DNA from: an uncultured virus (IMG/VR IMGVR_UViG_3300025466_000001)
Taxonomy: Duplodnaviria > Heunggongvirae > Uroviricota > Caudoviricetes
DNA: 20,000 bases
Virus record (IMG/VR): IMGVR_UViG_3300025466_000001
Direction: 5' to 3' (one strand)
Below, piece after piece: positions 7,024 through 15,422 of this stretch. Position 1 is the stretch's first letter. Every line of letters starts with the position of its first letter. Under the pieces are notes generated by a model that saw only the letters and a program-made list of their open reading frames with translations, ran no database searches and had not been told where the DNA came from. Position numbers and translations under genes: made by a program.

Positions 7024-7986
7024 ATGGCTGAACAATTTCAATTTCCAGATGAAGCAGGCACCGACGGTGCTGAGTTTAAGGAAGAGTTACACGTAACAAC
7101 AGAAGGCGATGAGGCCGAAATTGTTATCGAAGACGATACTCCTGAACGTGACCGTAGAGCGCAACCACTAGATCGTGAAGTCCAAGACCCTTCAGACGAA
7201 GAGATTGAGGGCTACACTAAAGGTGTCCAATCAAGAATCAAAGAACTAACCCACGCACGTCACGATGAGCGTCGGGCTAAAGAAGCAGTGTTACGTGAGA
7301 AGCAAGAACTCGAGCGTTTAACAAAGCAGATTCTTGAAGAGAACCGCAGACTTAAAGAGCGTGTAAATACCGGCGAGTCTAATCATGCCGAAGTATTAAA
7401 AGCAAAAGCTGAAGCTGACATGGAGATGGCACGTCGCCGCTACAAAGAAGCTGAAGAATCCTATGATGCTGATGCAAAGTTGGAAGCCCAAGAAGCATTG
7501 ACCGAAGCTAAGATGCGTTTAGAAGCGGTGAAAAATTTTAGGCCTACCCCTTTACAAACAACTGAAAAGGATGTAACAATACAACCAACAGCACAAGCTG
7601 TCCCAAAACCAGACGAAAGAACCCTGCGCTGGCAGGCAAAAAACCAGTGGTTTGGACAACCGGGATATGAAGAGTTGACAGCCTTCGCGCTTGGACTGCA
7701 CCAAAAGCTTGTCTCTACGGGTATTGACCCGCGCAGTGATGATTACTTCGAGAGAATCGACTCTCGCTTAAAGACGGTATTCCCAGAAGTTTTTGAAGAA
7801 GCCGCTAGCCAAAAAACGGAACCTGCTAAAAAGCCTGCAACAGTTGTGGCTTCAGCTTCTCGTTCAACGGGAGCGAAGAAGTCCGTAACGCTCACAAAAT
7901 CCCAAGCAGCTTTGGCTGACAAACTTGGAATCCCACGTGAATTGTATGCTAAGGAATTTTTAAAACAGGAGGCCCGCAATGGCTAA
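7024..7986 (+). CDS. putative capsid scaffolding protein
   Basis: Acidic N-terminus, long coiled coil, C-terminal LTKSQAALADKLGIPRELYAK helix; lies between portal and capsid genes; AAGGAG RBS. Confidence 0.65.
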   Translation: MAEQFQFPDEAGTDGAEFKEELHVTTEGDEAEIVIEDDTPERDRRAQPLDREVQDPSDEEIEGYTKGVQSRIKELTHARHDERRAKEAVLREKQELERLTKQILEENRRLKERVNTGESNHAEVLKAKAEADMEMARRRYKEAEESYDADAKLEAQEALTEAKMRLEAVKNFRPTPLQTTEKDVTIQPTAQAVPKPDERTLRWQAKNQWFGQPGYEELTAFALGLHQKLVSTGIDPRSDDYFERIDSRLKTVFPEVFEEAASQKTEPAKKPATVVASASRSTGAKKSVTLTKSQAALADKLGIPRELYAKEFLKQEARNG

Positions 7987-8431
7987 TAGTCGTACACCCC
8001 GTGAAATTGACACACGTGAAAAAAGTCAAGCTCGTGCAGTTTATCAACCTGCAGCAACTTTACCTACCCCAGCTCCCCAAGACGGATATATGTTCCACTG
8101 GGTAGCTACCCATGTGAATGGTCAAGCCGTTCCAACAAACGTGTCACAAAAGTTCCGTGACGGTTACGAGCCTTGCAAGGCGGCGGACCACCCAGAACTG
8201 ATGTTACCGGGGAATGCGGAAGGTAACATTGAAGTAGGCGGATTGATGCTCTGTAAGATTCTTGAAGAGCGTTACCATGCACGAAAAGAGTATTACGAGA
8301 AGCAAGCACAAGACCAAATGAATTCGGTGGATAACCATTTCATGCGGAATAACGATGCCCGTATGCCATTATTCTCAGAGCGTAAAAGCACTGTGAGCCG
8401 TGGTAGCGGGTTTGGAAACGGTTCAAAATAA
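7979..8431 (+). CDS. hypothetical head-module protein
   Basis: AGGAGG RBS, overlaps the previous stop; GYEP..HPEL..VGGLMLCK; function not recognised. Confidence 0.75.
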   Translation: MANSRTPREIDTREKSQARAVYQPAATLPTPAPQDGYMFHWVATHVNGQAVPTNVSQKFRDGYEPCKAADHPELMLPGNAEGNIEVGGLMLCKILEERYHARKEYYEKQAQDQMNSVDNHFMRNNDARMPLFSERKSTVSRGSGFGNGSK

Positions 8432-8444
8432 ATAGGAGCTTTTT

Positions 8445-9101
8445 ATGAGCACAGTATCGGCCCCGTACGGGCTTAAACCGATTAGTTTGATCGGCGGTCA
8501 ATCCTTTACTGGCGGAACAATCCGTGAGTATTTGTTGACTACAAACAATACAGCGCCAATCTACACCGGCGACTTAGTGCAGTTAGGTGCATCCGTAGCA
8601 GGACAACCTACTGTTGTTACAGCAACCCCAACTACTAGCACTGCTGGTATCGCTGGTGTTTGCGTTGGCGTTCGCTATCAGTTATCTGGTCAGCAACTTG
8701 GCTATCCTTTGTATGCAGAGTATTTACCTGCAAACGCTGTGACTGCTGGTTACACCAACATTTTCATCCGCGTAGTAGAAGACCCAGATCAGTTGTACCA
8801 AGTACAATCTTTGGGCTCTGTAGGTTACGGCTCTATCGGTAAGACAGTTGCTTTGGCAAACTTCACTGCTGGTACAGGCTCTACAACTGGTAACAGCACT
8901 TCTGGTAACTCAGTTGTTGCATTGTCAGCTACTATTGCTAACACAAACGCGCTTGCTGTTAAGATCGTTGACTTGGTTAACTCCAGCTCTACTTTCGGCG
9001 GCAACTTCCCATCTAACCCCGGTGATGCTTATACCGACTGTATCGTTAAATTGAACTTTGGCGTACATCAGTATTATCAATCTGCTGGTACAGCTAACTA
9101 A
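8445..9101 (+). CDS. putative capsid decoration/minor capsid protein
   Basis: Gly/Thr/Ala-rich beta-type protein (APYGLKP..IYTGDLV..DPDQLYQVQ) immediately upstream of the major capsid gene. Confidence 0.55.
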   Translation: MSTVSAPYGLKPISLIGGQSFTGGTIREYLLTTNNTAPIYTGDLVQLGASVAGQPTVVTATPTTSTAGIAGVCVGVRYQLSGQQLGYPLYAEYLPANAVTAGYTNIFIRVVEDPDQLYQVQSLGSVGYGSIGKTVALANFTAGTGSTTGNSTSGNSVVALSATIANTNALAVKIVDLVNSSSTFGGNFPSNPGDAYTDCIVKLNFGVHQYYQSAGTAN

Positions 9102-9114
9102 TAAGGAGCTATAA

Positions 9115-10026
9115 ATGGCTATTTCACGTTCACAACTCCTAAAAGAGTTACTCCCGGGTCTAAACGCTTTGTTTGGTTTAGAGTACAAGCGCTATGGCGA
9201 AGAGCATAAAGAGCTCTACGAAACAGAAACTTCTGAGCGTTCATTCGAAGAAGAAACAAAACTGTCTGGTTTCTCGGCTGCTCCAGTCAAGAACGAAGGC
9301 GGTGCAATTTCTTACGATAATGCACAAGAAGCTTTCACAGCTCGCTACTCACACGAAACCATCGCTTTAGGTTTCTCAATCACTGAAGAAGCGATTGAAG
9401 ATAACTTGTATGACTCTTTGTCTGCTCGTTACACTAAAGCATTGGCTCGCGCTATGGCTTACACCAAGCAAGTTAAAGCAGCTTCTGTATTGAATAACGG
9501 TTTCTCTGGTAGCTACGTAGGTGGCGACGGTCAACCATTGTTCTCTGCTTCACACCCATTGGTTAACGGCGGTACAAACAGCAACGTTCCTCCTACATCA
9601 GTTGACTTGAATGAGACTTCTTTGGAAGCCGCTACAATTCAAATCGCTGCTTGGACAGACGAGCGTGGTCTCTTGATCGCTGCTAAACCACGCAAGTTGG
9701 TAATCCCACCAGCATTGATGTTCGTTGCAACTCGTTTGCTTGAGACTAACCTCCGTGTTGGTACCAACAACAACGATATCAACGCCATCAAAAACAATGG
9801 TACCGTTCCAGAAGGTTACACAGTTAACCACTTCTTGACCGACACAAACGCTTGGTTCTTGTTGACCGACGTTCCAAACGGCTTGAAGCACTTTGAGCGT
9901 ACACCATTGCAAAACAGCATGGACGGCGACTTCGACACAGGTAACGTACGTTACAAGTCTCGTGAGCGTTACAGCTTCGGTTGGTCTGATCCACTCGGCG
10001 CTTGGGGCTCTGCAGGTTCATTCTAA
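9115..10026 (+). CDS. major capsid protein (HK97 fold, Mu gpT-like)
   Basis: 303 aa; KNEGGAI, ITEEAIEDNLY, GGDGQPLFSASHP, KLVIPPAL, AWFLLTD, RERYSFGWSDP; strong RBS, biased codons, terminator directly after. Confidence 0.92.
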   Translation: MAISRSQLLKELLPGLNALFGLEYKRYGEEHKELYETETSERSFEEETKLSGFSAAPVKNEGGAISYDNAQEAFTARYSHETIALGFSITEEAIEDNLYDSLSARYTKALARAMAYTKQVKAASVLNNGFSGSYVGGDGQPLFSASHPLVNGGTNSNVPPTSVDLNETSLEAATIQIAAWTDERGLLIAAKPRKLVIPPALMFVATRLLETNLRVGTNNNDINAIKNNGTVPEGYTVNHFLTDTNAWFLLTDVPNGLKHFERTPLQNSMDGDFDTGNVRYKSRERYSFGWSDPLGAWGSAGSF

Positions 10027-10042
10027 TCTGAATGTTCCTAAT

Positions 10043-10074
10043 AAAAAACCCAGCTCACAAGGCTGGGTTTTTTT
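10043..10074. terminator. bidirectional intrinsic terminator
   Basis: AAAAAA-CCCAGC-tcacaag-GCTGGG-TTTTTTT between the convergent capsid and HNH genes. Confidence 0.88.
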
Positions 10075-10405
10075 CATTGTAGTGGTGTATTCGGTGGCAG
10101 TTAGCGCATAGAACAATGCACTTTTTTATTTCTTCATAGGCTTTTTTAAACTGTCCATTACTAACTAAATTGCTTACTACGTTTTCTTTTTGGGTAGGGT
10201 CTTCGTGGTGAAAATCTAACGCCGCTGGGTGAGAAAAATCGCATTTTGCACATTTAAGTGTGCATTTAAATGTATCCCATTCTTTCTTTAATTCTTTCCT
10301 TCTAATGTTTATTTGCTCTCGACGTTCGGCATATTTGCCTAAATACTGCTTACGGCTGTACTCCGCATGTTTGGCTTTTTTTACGTTCGCGTCTTTGTAC
10401 GGCAT
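10055..10405 (-). CDS. HNH endonuclease with zinc-finger cysteines
   Basis: CAKC..LDFHH.DP..K...EIKKCIVLCANCHRIHH; probable start MPYKD at 10405. Confidence 0.85.
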   Translation of the reverse strand: MPYKDANVKKAKHAEYSRKQYLGKYAERREQINIRRKELKKEWDTFKCTLKCAKCDFSHPAALDFHHEDPTQKENVVSNLVSNGQFKKAYEEIKKCIVLCANCHRIHHYNEKNPAL

Positions 10406-10838
10406 CTGGGTGGACCTTATATTTCCAATAGATTGCGTTGCGAAAGCCCCATGGTTGTCCGGGCTGATAAATTTTGAAACCCGCACTGATTAACGAGTTC
10501 GATGACGCAGGATTTTTTGTTGTATCGGTGATTAACCAATTCCATCCTAACTTCCTAGCTTGTTTGATTCTTGCAGATATTAATCTCTTTTGTAAGCCGT
10601 GTCCAGTAAAGCCATCCATTACACCTGCTCTACATAAGTAACCTGTATCTGTCCATTTGATCGAGCGGACCATACCCGCAAAAGCGACAGGCTTTCCATC
10701 CTCCGCATACGCAATCCACCAATGACCCCTGTCCGGTTGGTACGGCGTATCCGCCGGAAGTATTTTCTTTTGTAGAAAAAGTAGTGTGGTTTGAACTGAC
10801 GGGACTCTGATGTCCACTTTTTTTATTGTAAATTTCAT
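10350..10838 (-). CDS. GNAT-family acetyltransferase
   Basis: Acetyl-CoA-binding motif A (RAGVMDGFTGHGLQKRLI) and motif B (NPASSNSLISAGF). Confidence 0.8.
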   Translation of the reverse strand: MKFTIKKVDIRVPSVQTTLLFLQKKILPADTPYQPDRGHWWIAYAEDGKPVAFAGMVRSIKWTDTGYLCRAGVMDGFTGHGLQKRLISARIKQARKLGWNWLITDTTKNPASSNSLISAGFKIYQPGQPWGFRNAIYWKYKVHPDAVQRRERKKSQTCGVQP

Positions 10839-10892
10839 TACCCATAGTCCCCCAAAAAGTTACCTGTTTTCTCTCATTTTACTGAAAAATCC

Positions 10893-10920
10893 TTGCACAA
10901 AAATTAAAAAAGAGTAAACT
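10893..10920 (+). promoter_or_regulatory. rightward sigma70-like promoter for the post-capsid genes
   Basis: TTGCAC-N16-TAAACT in the divergent intergenic region. Confidence 0.5.
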
Positions 10921-10928
10921 AGCACTAA

Positions 10929-11001
10929 CTGGGTGATTACCTGTACCGGACTGCCCCAGCAGACGATGCAACGATTGGTATGGGTGAACTTTTGCATAGG
11001 A
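10929..11001 (+). ncRNA. candidate structured cis-regulatory 5' leader with interleaved helices
   Basis: CTGGG 10929-10933/CCCAG 10955-10959; ACCTGTACC 10939-10947/GGTATGGGT 10977-10985; ATGCAA 10966-10971/TTGCAT 10992-10997 abutting the SD AGGA. Confidence 0.45.
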
Positions 11002-11010
11002 CAATTTATT

Positions 11011-11715
11011 ATGGCACGCTCCACCTTTGAAGGCCCGATTCTATCTGGCAATAACCGTTTTGGCCCACTACGTAACGTAGGCTACGCTCGTCTCTCACAG
11101 AACGCTATCGTCGACTATTCCGTAGCTACAGGCAATGGTACTCAGTACTACCCCGGTGCAGCGCAGCAATTCGTTAACGGCAACATCCTTTCTGCTGATG
11201 CTAACGTAAACGCCCCTGTTTATAGCCCTTCAGCTACTACTTTCCCTCCTGTTTTGGCTTCTATTCCAGCTGATACAGCTACTGCTATTTATCGTGGCGC
11301 AGTATTTTATCTGCCAACTGGCGCACAAATTGAGTCTATTATTGTTGATTATTTGACAGCAATCACTGTAGCTAACAGCACTTTAAGCGCAGTTAACATC
11401 TACATTTCTAACGGTTTTGTTACTTCTGCCCCAACATATGCTACTGTAGCTTTGGGTACTACTACTGTCGGTACAGCTGGTCGTCAAACAACAACTTACA
11501 CAGCCGCTAACTTGTCTAACATGGCTGCAACTACAGCAGACATCACCCAAGCACAACAGCCTGCAACTCTTTCACAAGTTGTTGCTACATTGGCTATTGT
11601 TGGTACAGGCCTTGGCGCTTTGACTGCTGGTAAGTTCAACATTGACATCAACTACGTACAGCCTGATGGTACATTGGGTACTGCAACTGTATATCCATAC
11701 GGCAACGCTGACTAA
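11011..11715 (+). CDS. putative virion structural protein
   Basis: Start ATG 11011 after AGGA; N-terminal MARSTFEGPILSG; Ala/Thr-rich beta composition. Confidence 0.7.
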   Translation: MARSTFEGPILSGNNRFGPLRNVGYARLSQNAIVDYSVATGNGTQYYPGAAQQFVNGNILSADANVNAPVYSPSATTFPPVLASIPADTATAIYRGAVFYLPTGAQIESIIVDYLTAITVANSTLSAVNIYISNGFVTSAPTYATVALGTTTVGTAGRQTTTYTAANLSNMAATTADITQAQQPATLSQVVATLAIVGTGLGALTAGKFNIDINYVQPDGTLGTATVYPYGNAD

Positions 11716-11724
11716 TTAATCCCG

Positions 11725-11745
11725 GGGGTCTTCGGACCCCTTTTT
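11725..11745 (+). terminator. intrinsic terminator with a cUUCGg tetraloop
   Basis: GGGGTC-TTCG-GACCCC-TTTTT. Confidence 0.85.
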
Positions 11746-11764
11746 AAAATTTAGGAGATTAGTT

Positions 11765-12274
11765 ATGACAATGCAATATGACGTCAAGTCGTCCCATAGT
11801 AGTGGGTCTGGTTACTTAGTAAAAGGCCGCACGCGCCTTAAAAACCTAGTGTATCTTGGTACAGGTACAGCTGGTGGTATTGATATTTTTGATGCCCCTT
11901 CTGCCCCTGTTTCAGCTACGTATGGTCGTTCTGGTACAACTGTTACTGTTACATTGACTGGACACGGTTTAAGCACAGGAAACTATGTAGGTATTTCTTA
12001 TTCAGCTGTAGGCGGCGTTTCCCCTGTTGCTGGTAACTATCCAGTTACTGTTGTTGATGCAAACACATTTACTATTACTGACTTAAACTCTGGAACTATT
12101 GCTACTAGTACTGCTTGTATAGTTGCAATTACAGGCCGTTGGATGTGTGGGTACAACACAGGTACAGCGGTTCAACCATTCCAAGTTTTGTATGCTGGTG
12201 AAGGTATTTTGGCGTTAAATGGTATTTACGCTGCAGTTACTAATATTAGCTTTCAAACAATTTTGTATGGCTAA
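11765..12274 (+). CDS. putative virion structural protein with a small inserted beta domain
   Basis: AGGAG RBS; internal segment TVTVTLTGHGLSTGNYV..GNYPVTVVDANTFTI of the kind seen in phage virion proteins. Confidence 0.65.
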   Translation: MTMQYDVKSSHSSGSGYLVKGRTRLKNLVYLGTGTAGGIDIFDAPSAPVSATYGRSGTTVTVTLTGHGLSTGNYVGISYSAVGGVSPVAGNYPVTVVDANTFTITDLNSGTIATSTACIVAITGRWMCGYNTGTAVQPFQVLYAGEGILALNGIYAAVTNISFQTILYG

Positions 12275-12533
12275 GAAAAAAGGCCCTTCTCTAGCTGTCG
12301 GTAGAGGTGAGAAGCTTCCGGTTTCTCAAGGGGCCGGTCTTACTGCAAAAGGCAGAGCTAAATATAATAAGGCTACTGGGTCTAATTTAAAAGCCCCACA
12401 ACCTGAAGGTGGTCCTCGCAAAAAGTCATTCTGCGCAAGAATGTCTGGTATGCCGGGTCCGATGAAAGATGAAAAAGGCAGACCTACGCGTAAGGCAGCT
12501 AGTTTAAAACGTTGGAATTGTGGCTCAAAATGA
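12267..12533 (+). CDS. small basic phage protein (DUF6321-like)
   Basis: GLTAKGRAKYN..GSNLKAP..RKKSFCARMSGM..SLKRWNC, recognised from memory; start MAKKK overlaps the previous stop. Confidence 0.65.
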   Translation: MAKKKGPSLAVGRGEKLPVSQGAGLTAKGRAKYNKATGSNLKAPQPEGGPRKKSFCARMSGMPGPMKDEKGRPTRKAASLKRWNCGSK

Positions 12534-12778
12534 CAAACATGAACCCAATCGAAACAGCTAGAGAATTGGCTACCCACGCTAACGACATTGAACACTTGCA
12601 GGCTGATATGGACAAACTCGTTAAAGACATGGAAGAAGTTAAAAAGTCCTTGGCTGATATTCAACGTTTACTGTCAGAAGATGCTGCTAGTAAGAAAACA
12701 ATGCACACTGTAGTTAATGTAGTAGCTGTTTTATTTGGTGGATTAATTGTCGCTCTTTTTGAGAAGTTTGTTAAATAA
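12530..12778 (+). CDS. coiled-coil protein with one C-terminal transmembrane helix (holin/XhlA-like architecture)
   Basis: Heptad region followed by VVNVVAVLFGGLIVALF and a basic end; ATGA coupling. Confidence 0.6.
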   Translation: MTNMNPIETARELATHANDIEHLQADMDKLVKDMEEVKKSLADIQRLLSEDAASKKTMHTVVNVVAVLFGGLIVALFEKFVK

Positions 12779-13263
12779 TGCCAAGCACATCTAAAAAACA
12801 GCACAACTTAATGATGGCTGTAGCGCACTCTCCTGCGTTTGCTAAAAAAGTTGGTATTAAGCAATCAGTTGGGCAAGATTTTGCTGCTGCTGACAAAGGT
12901 AAAAAGTTTGGTACAGGTGGAGATGTTAAATACACTCAAGGTGGTAACAAACAAGTAAACAAACAGCAGACTCGAGAAGGGTCTGTTTTTGGATACAAAA
13001 AAGAAGTACCAAATGTTAATATTAATAAATACGCAGGATTAAAGGGAGGCGGTATGGTTGAAAAAGAATCCAAAGCCGAAGAACGTAAAGAGATGTCTGA
13101 AGATAAAAAGCAAGACGTAGCTTTAATTAAAAAGGCTTTTAAGCAGCACGACAAGCAAGAGCATAAAGGCAGCAAAGGCACTACGCTCAAGCTTAAAAAA
13201 GGTGGCTCTGTAAAGGGCTGTGGTATTGCATCTAAAGGTTTAACAAAAGGAAAAATGGTATGA
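12778..13263 (+). CDS. basic hypothetical protein, possibly internal to the virion
   Basis: MPSTSKKQHNLMMAVAH..; three GGxV motifs; TAATG coupling. Confidence 0.7.
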   Translation: MPSTSKKQHNLMMAVAHSPAFAKKVGIKQSVGQDFAAADKGKKFGTGGDVKYTQGGNKQVNKQQTREGSVFGYKKEVPNVNINKYAGLKGGGMVEKESKAEERKEMSEDKKQDVALIKKAFKQHDKQEHKGSKGTTLKLKKGGSVKGCGIASKGLTKGKMV

Positions 13264-13457
13264 AAATGGATCACGCACCCCTCGAAGCTGGCGTAGAAAA
13301 AATTAAACACGAGACTTTAGCTAAGTCATTAAAAATGCACGCATCTGGTCACAAGCCACATGCAGAAGTTTTTGGTGAGCACGCTGCAGGTCATATGATT
13401 CACGACGACCACGTAGAAAAAATGTGTGGCGGCGGCATGGCTAAGGCTAAGAAGTAA
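13260..13457 (+). CDS. His-rich small protein
   Basis: 9 His in 65 aa; HAxGHxxH twice; ATGA and TAATG coupling on either side. Confidence 0.7.
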   Translation: MKMDHAPLEAGVEKIKHETLAKSLKMHASGHKPHAEVFGEHAAGHMIHDDHVEKMCGGGMAKAKK

Positions 13458-13687
13458 TGAAAGCTTCCCGTGGAATGGGCGCAACTAACCCTGCAAAAAT
13501 TCCTAAGAATGCAGGCTCTGCTGTCCTATTAAAAAAGGGTGGCAAAGTTGGGCTGTATGCAAACATTCACGCGAAGCAAGAACGTATTAAAGCTGGCTCT
13601 GGTGAAAAGATGCGTCCTGTTGTAGCTAAGGGCGCGCCTACTAAAGAGGCTTTTATTAAATCAGCTAAAACTGCAAAGAAGAAATAA
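13457..13687 (+). CDS. small basic hypothetical protein
   Basis: GLYANIHAKQERIKAGSGEKMR..SAKTAKK; coupled start and stop. Confidence 0.7.
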   Translation: MKASRGMGATNPAKIPKNAGSAVLLKKGGKVGLYANIHAKQERIKAGSGEKMRPVVAKGAPTKEAFIKSAKTAKKK

Positions 13688-13866
13688 TGGCTACTAAGAA
13701 CTGGATTCAAAAAGCAATTAAGAAACCCGGCGCATTAAAGGCTGAATTAGGCGTTGCTAAAGACAAAAAGATTCCGTCAAGCAAACTAGCCGCAGCTGCA
13801 AAGAAACCGGGCAAGATCGGTAAGCGGGCTAGGCTTGCGGAAACCTTAAAGGGCTTGAAGAAATGA
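13687..13866 (+). CDS. 59-aa basic protein (MATKNWIQKAIKKPGALKAELGV...RARLAETLKGLKK)
   Basis: Missing from the ORF track (<60 aa) but fills the gap exactly, with TAATG and ATGA overlaps on either side. Confidence 0.8.
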   Translation: MATKNWIQKAIKKPGALKAELGVAKDKKIPSSKLAAAAKKPGKIGKRARLAETLKGLKK

Positions 13867-14084
13867 GATTAATCGACTGGATTCTAGGTTTGTTTGGTAA
13901 GAAGGAAGAAGAAGTTACTTTCGAAAAAGTTGAACTAGCTGTTGAGGCTTGGCCTTTCCCTGTACCGGCAAAAAAGAAACGCCCACAGGTAAAGAAAGCC
14001 ACTACCCGTAAGGTTAAACCAGCGGCAAAAAAACCGGCAGCTAAAAAACCTGCTGTTAAGAAAACAACTAAAAAGGCGAAGTAA
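13863..14084 (+). CDS. small protein with an AWPFP motif and a histone H1-like PAAKK tail
   Basis: Amphipathic N-terminus, AWPFP, then KPAAKKPAAKKPAVKK. Confidence 0.7.
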   Translation: MRLIDWILGLFGKKEEEVTFEKVELAVEAWPFPVPAKKKRPQVKKATTRKVKPAAKKPAAKKPAVKKTTKKAK

Positions 14085-14839
14085 TGACTACTGCCGGCGC
14101 ATCAGCGTTTAATTTAGATTTATCAGACATTGTCGAAGAAGCGTTTGAGCGCTGCGGCAAAGAGCTGAGGTCTGGTTACGACTTGCGTACGGCGCGTCGT
14201 TCTTTAAATCTGTTGACTATTGAGTGGGCTAATCGTGGCATTAATATGTGGACGATTGAGCAGGGACAGATTACTTTGACCCAAGGCGTTAATACATACG
14301 ACCTACCAATCGACACTATCGACCTTTTAGAACACCAGATTCGTACCAACGCTGGCAATCAAGCAACACAGACTGACATAACAATTAGCCGCATCAGCGT
14401 TTCAACATACGCCACAATCCCAAATAAACTGAGTCAGGGTCGTCCTATTCAAGTTTGGATTCAACGCATGTCTGGAGCAAAATACCCACCTCCCGGACCT
14501 AACGGTACCGACCCGGTTACAGGCATTGATGCGCCTAAGATTACAGTTTGGCCTACACCAGATGGTTCACAACAATATACGTTTGTTTACTGGCGTTTAC
14601 GCCGCATCCAAGATGCTGGCAATGGCGTTAATACACAAGATATTCCGTTCCGATTCTTAAATGCTATGGTCGCCGGTTTGGCTTACTACCTGTCTATTAA
14701 GTTAGATGGCGTAGACCCAAATCGTAGTGTGATGCTTAAGGCGGATTACGAACAGCAGTTCCAGCTTGCTGCTGATGAAGATAGAGAAAAAGCCCCGGTT
14801 AGATTTGTTCCTCGCAGGATGTTCCTTGGAGGTGGCTGA
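14084..14839 (+). CDS. putative head-tail adaptor / tail tubular protein
   Basis: IVEEAFERCG..ARRSLNLL..WANRG..VWPTPD..IPFRFLNAMVAGLAYYL pattern of podovirus adaptor-like proteins. Confidence 0.65.
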   Translation: MTTAGASAFNLDLSDIVEEAFERCGKELRSGYDLRTARRSLNLLTIEWANRGINMWTIEQGQITLTQGVNTYDLPIDTIDLLEHQIRTNAGNQATQTDITISRISVSTYATIPNKLSQGRPIQVWIQRMSGAKYPPPGPNGTDPVTGIDAPKITVWPTPDGSQQYTFVYWRLRRIQDAGNGVNTQDIPFRFLNAMVAGLAYYLSIKLDGVDPNRSVMLKADYEQQFQLAADEDREKAPVRFVPRRMFLGGG

Positions 14840-15216
14840 TGCCTAATAAATTTGCCTCTGGTAAGTATGCGATTGCCCAGTGCGACCGCTGTGATTTTAG
14901 ATATAAGTTAACTGAGTTGCGCACGGAGATTATTAAAACCAAGCCATATCAGTTAAAAGTTTGTAATACCTGTTGGGACCCAGACCAGCCTCAGTTACAA
15001 TTAGGCATGTACCCAATTAACGACCCACAGGCCGTTAGGGAACCTAGAAGGGACAACAGTTATGTTGCATCAGGTTTAGACGCTAATGGGTATCCTAGTG
15101 GTGGTAGCCGTGATATTCAGTGGGGTTGGGCTCCTGTAGGAATGAAGTATGATTTTGGGGAGACGCCAAACTATTTGGTGGCTAATGGGCAAGTAGGAAC
15201 AGTAACAATTAATTAG
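14839..15216 (+). CDS. hypothetical protein with a CxxC...CxxC zinc ribbon
   Basis: CDRC..VCNTCWDPDQPQL..DPQAVREPR. Confidence 0.75.
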   Translation: MPNKFASGKYAIAQCDRCDFRYKLTELRTEIIKTKPYQLKVCNTCWDPDQPQLQLGMYPINDPQAVREPRRDNSYVASGLDANGYPSGGSRDIQWGWAPVGMKYDFGETPNYLVANGQVGTVTIN

Positions 15217-15225
15217 GAGTAGGAT

Positions 15226-15420
15226 ATGACATTCAAAAGCGCAGCCGATGGAATTACAAGCAAAGGCAAAACAAAAGGCAAGAATCTGGGTGACTCAGGT
15301 TCTAACGTAGGTATTGAAGTAGGTAAAAAAGCTAGCAAAGGCACAGCAGGCGGTATTGACCAGAATAAAATGGAAGCCGTTGGACGTGGTTTAGCTAAAG
15401 TTTCAGCGAACGGAAAATAA
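15226..15420 (+). CDS. small Gly/Lys-rich protein
   Basis: AGGA RBS; ADGITSKGKTKG motif. Confidence 0.7.
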   Translation: MTFKSAADGITSKGKTKGKNLGDSGSNVGIEVGKKASKGTAGGIDQNKMEAVGRGLAKVSANGK

Positions 15421-15422
15421 TC

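Noticed and set aside
7551..7580. Possible internal promoter TTTACA...AACAAT within the scaffold-like gene
   Set aside because: The -10 match is weak and cannot be supported without start mapping or conservation data.
1705..10021. Many 60-130 aa antisense or alternate-frame ORFs in the track
   Set aside because: They are shadows of well-supported plus-strand genes, with low-complexity Ser/Phe/Leu-rich translations.
10929..10997. HDV-like/theta ribozyme interpretation of the structured leader
   Set aside because: No room for the P3/L3/P1.1 core and P1 is only 5 bp; kept only as an unassigned structured leader.
10933..11010. N-terminal extension of the 260-aa ORF from GTG 10933
   Set aside because: No RBS, and it lies only about 13 nt after the -10; ATG 11011 has an SD.
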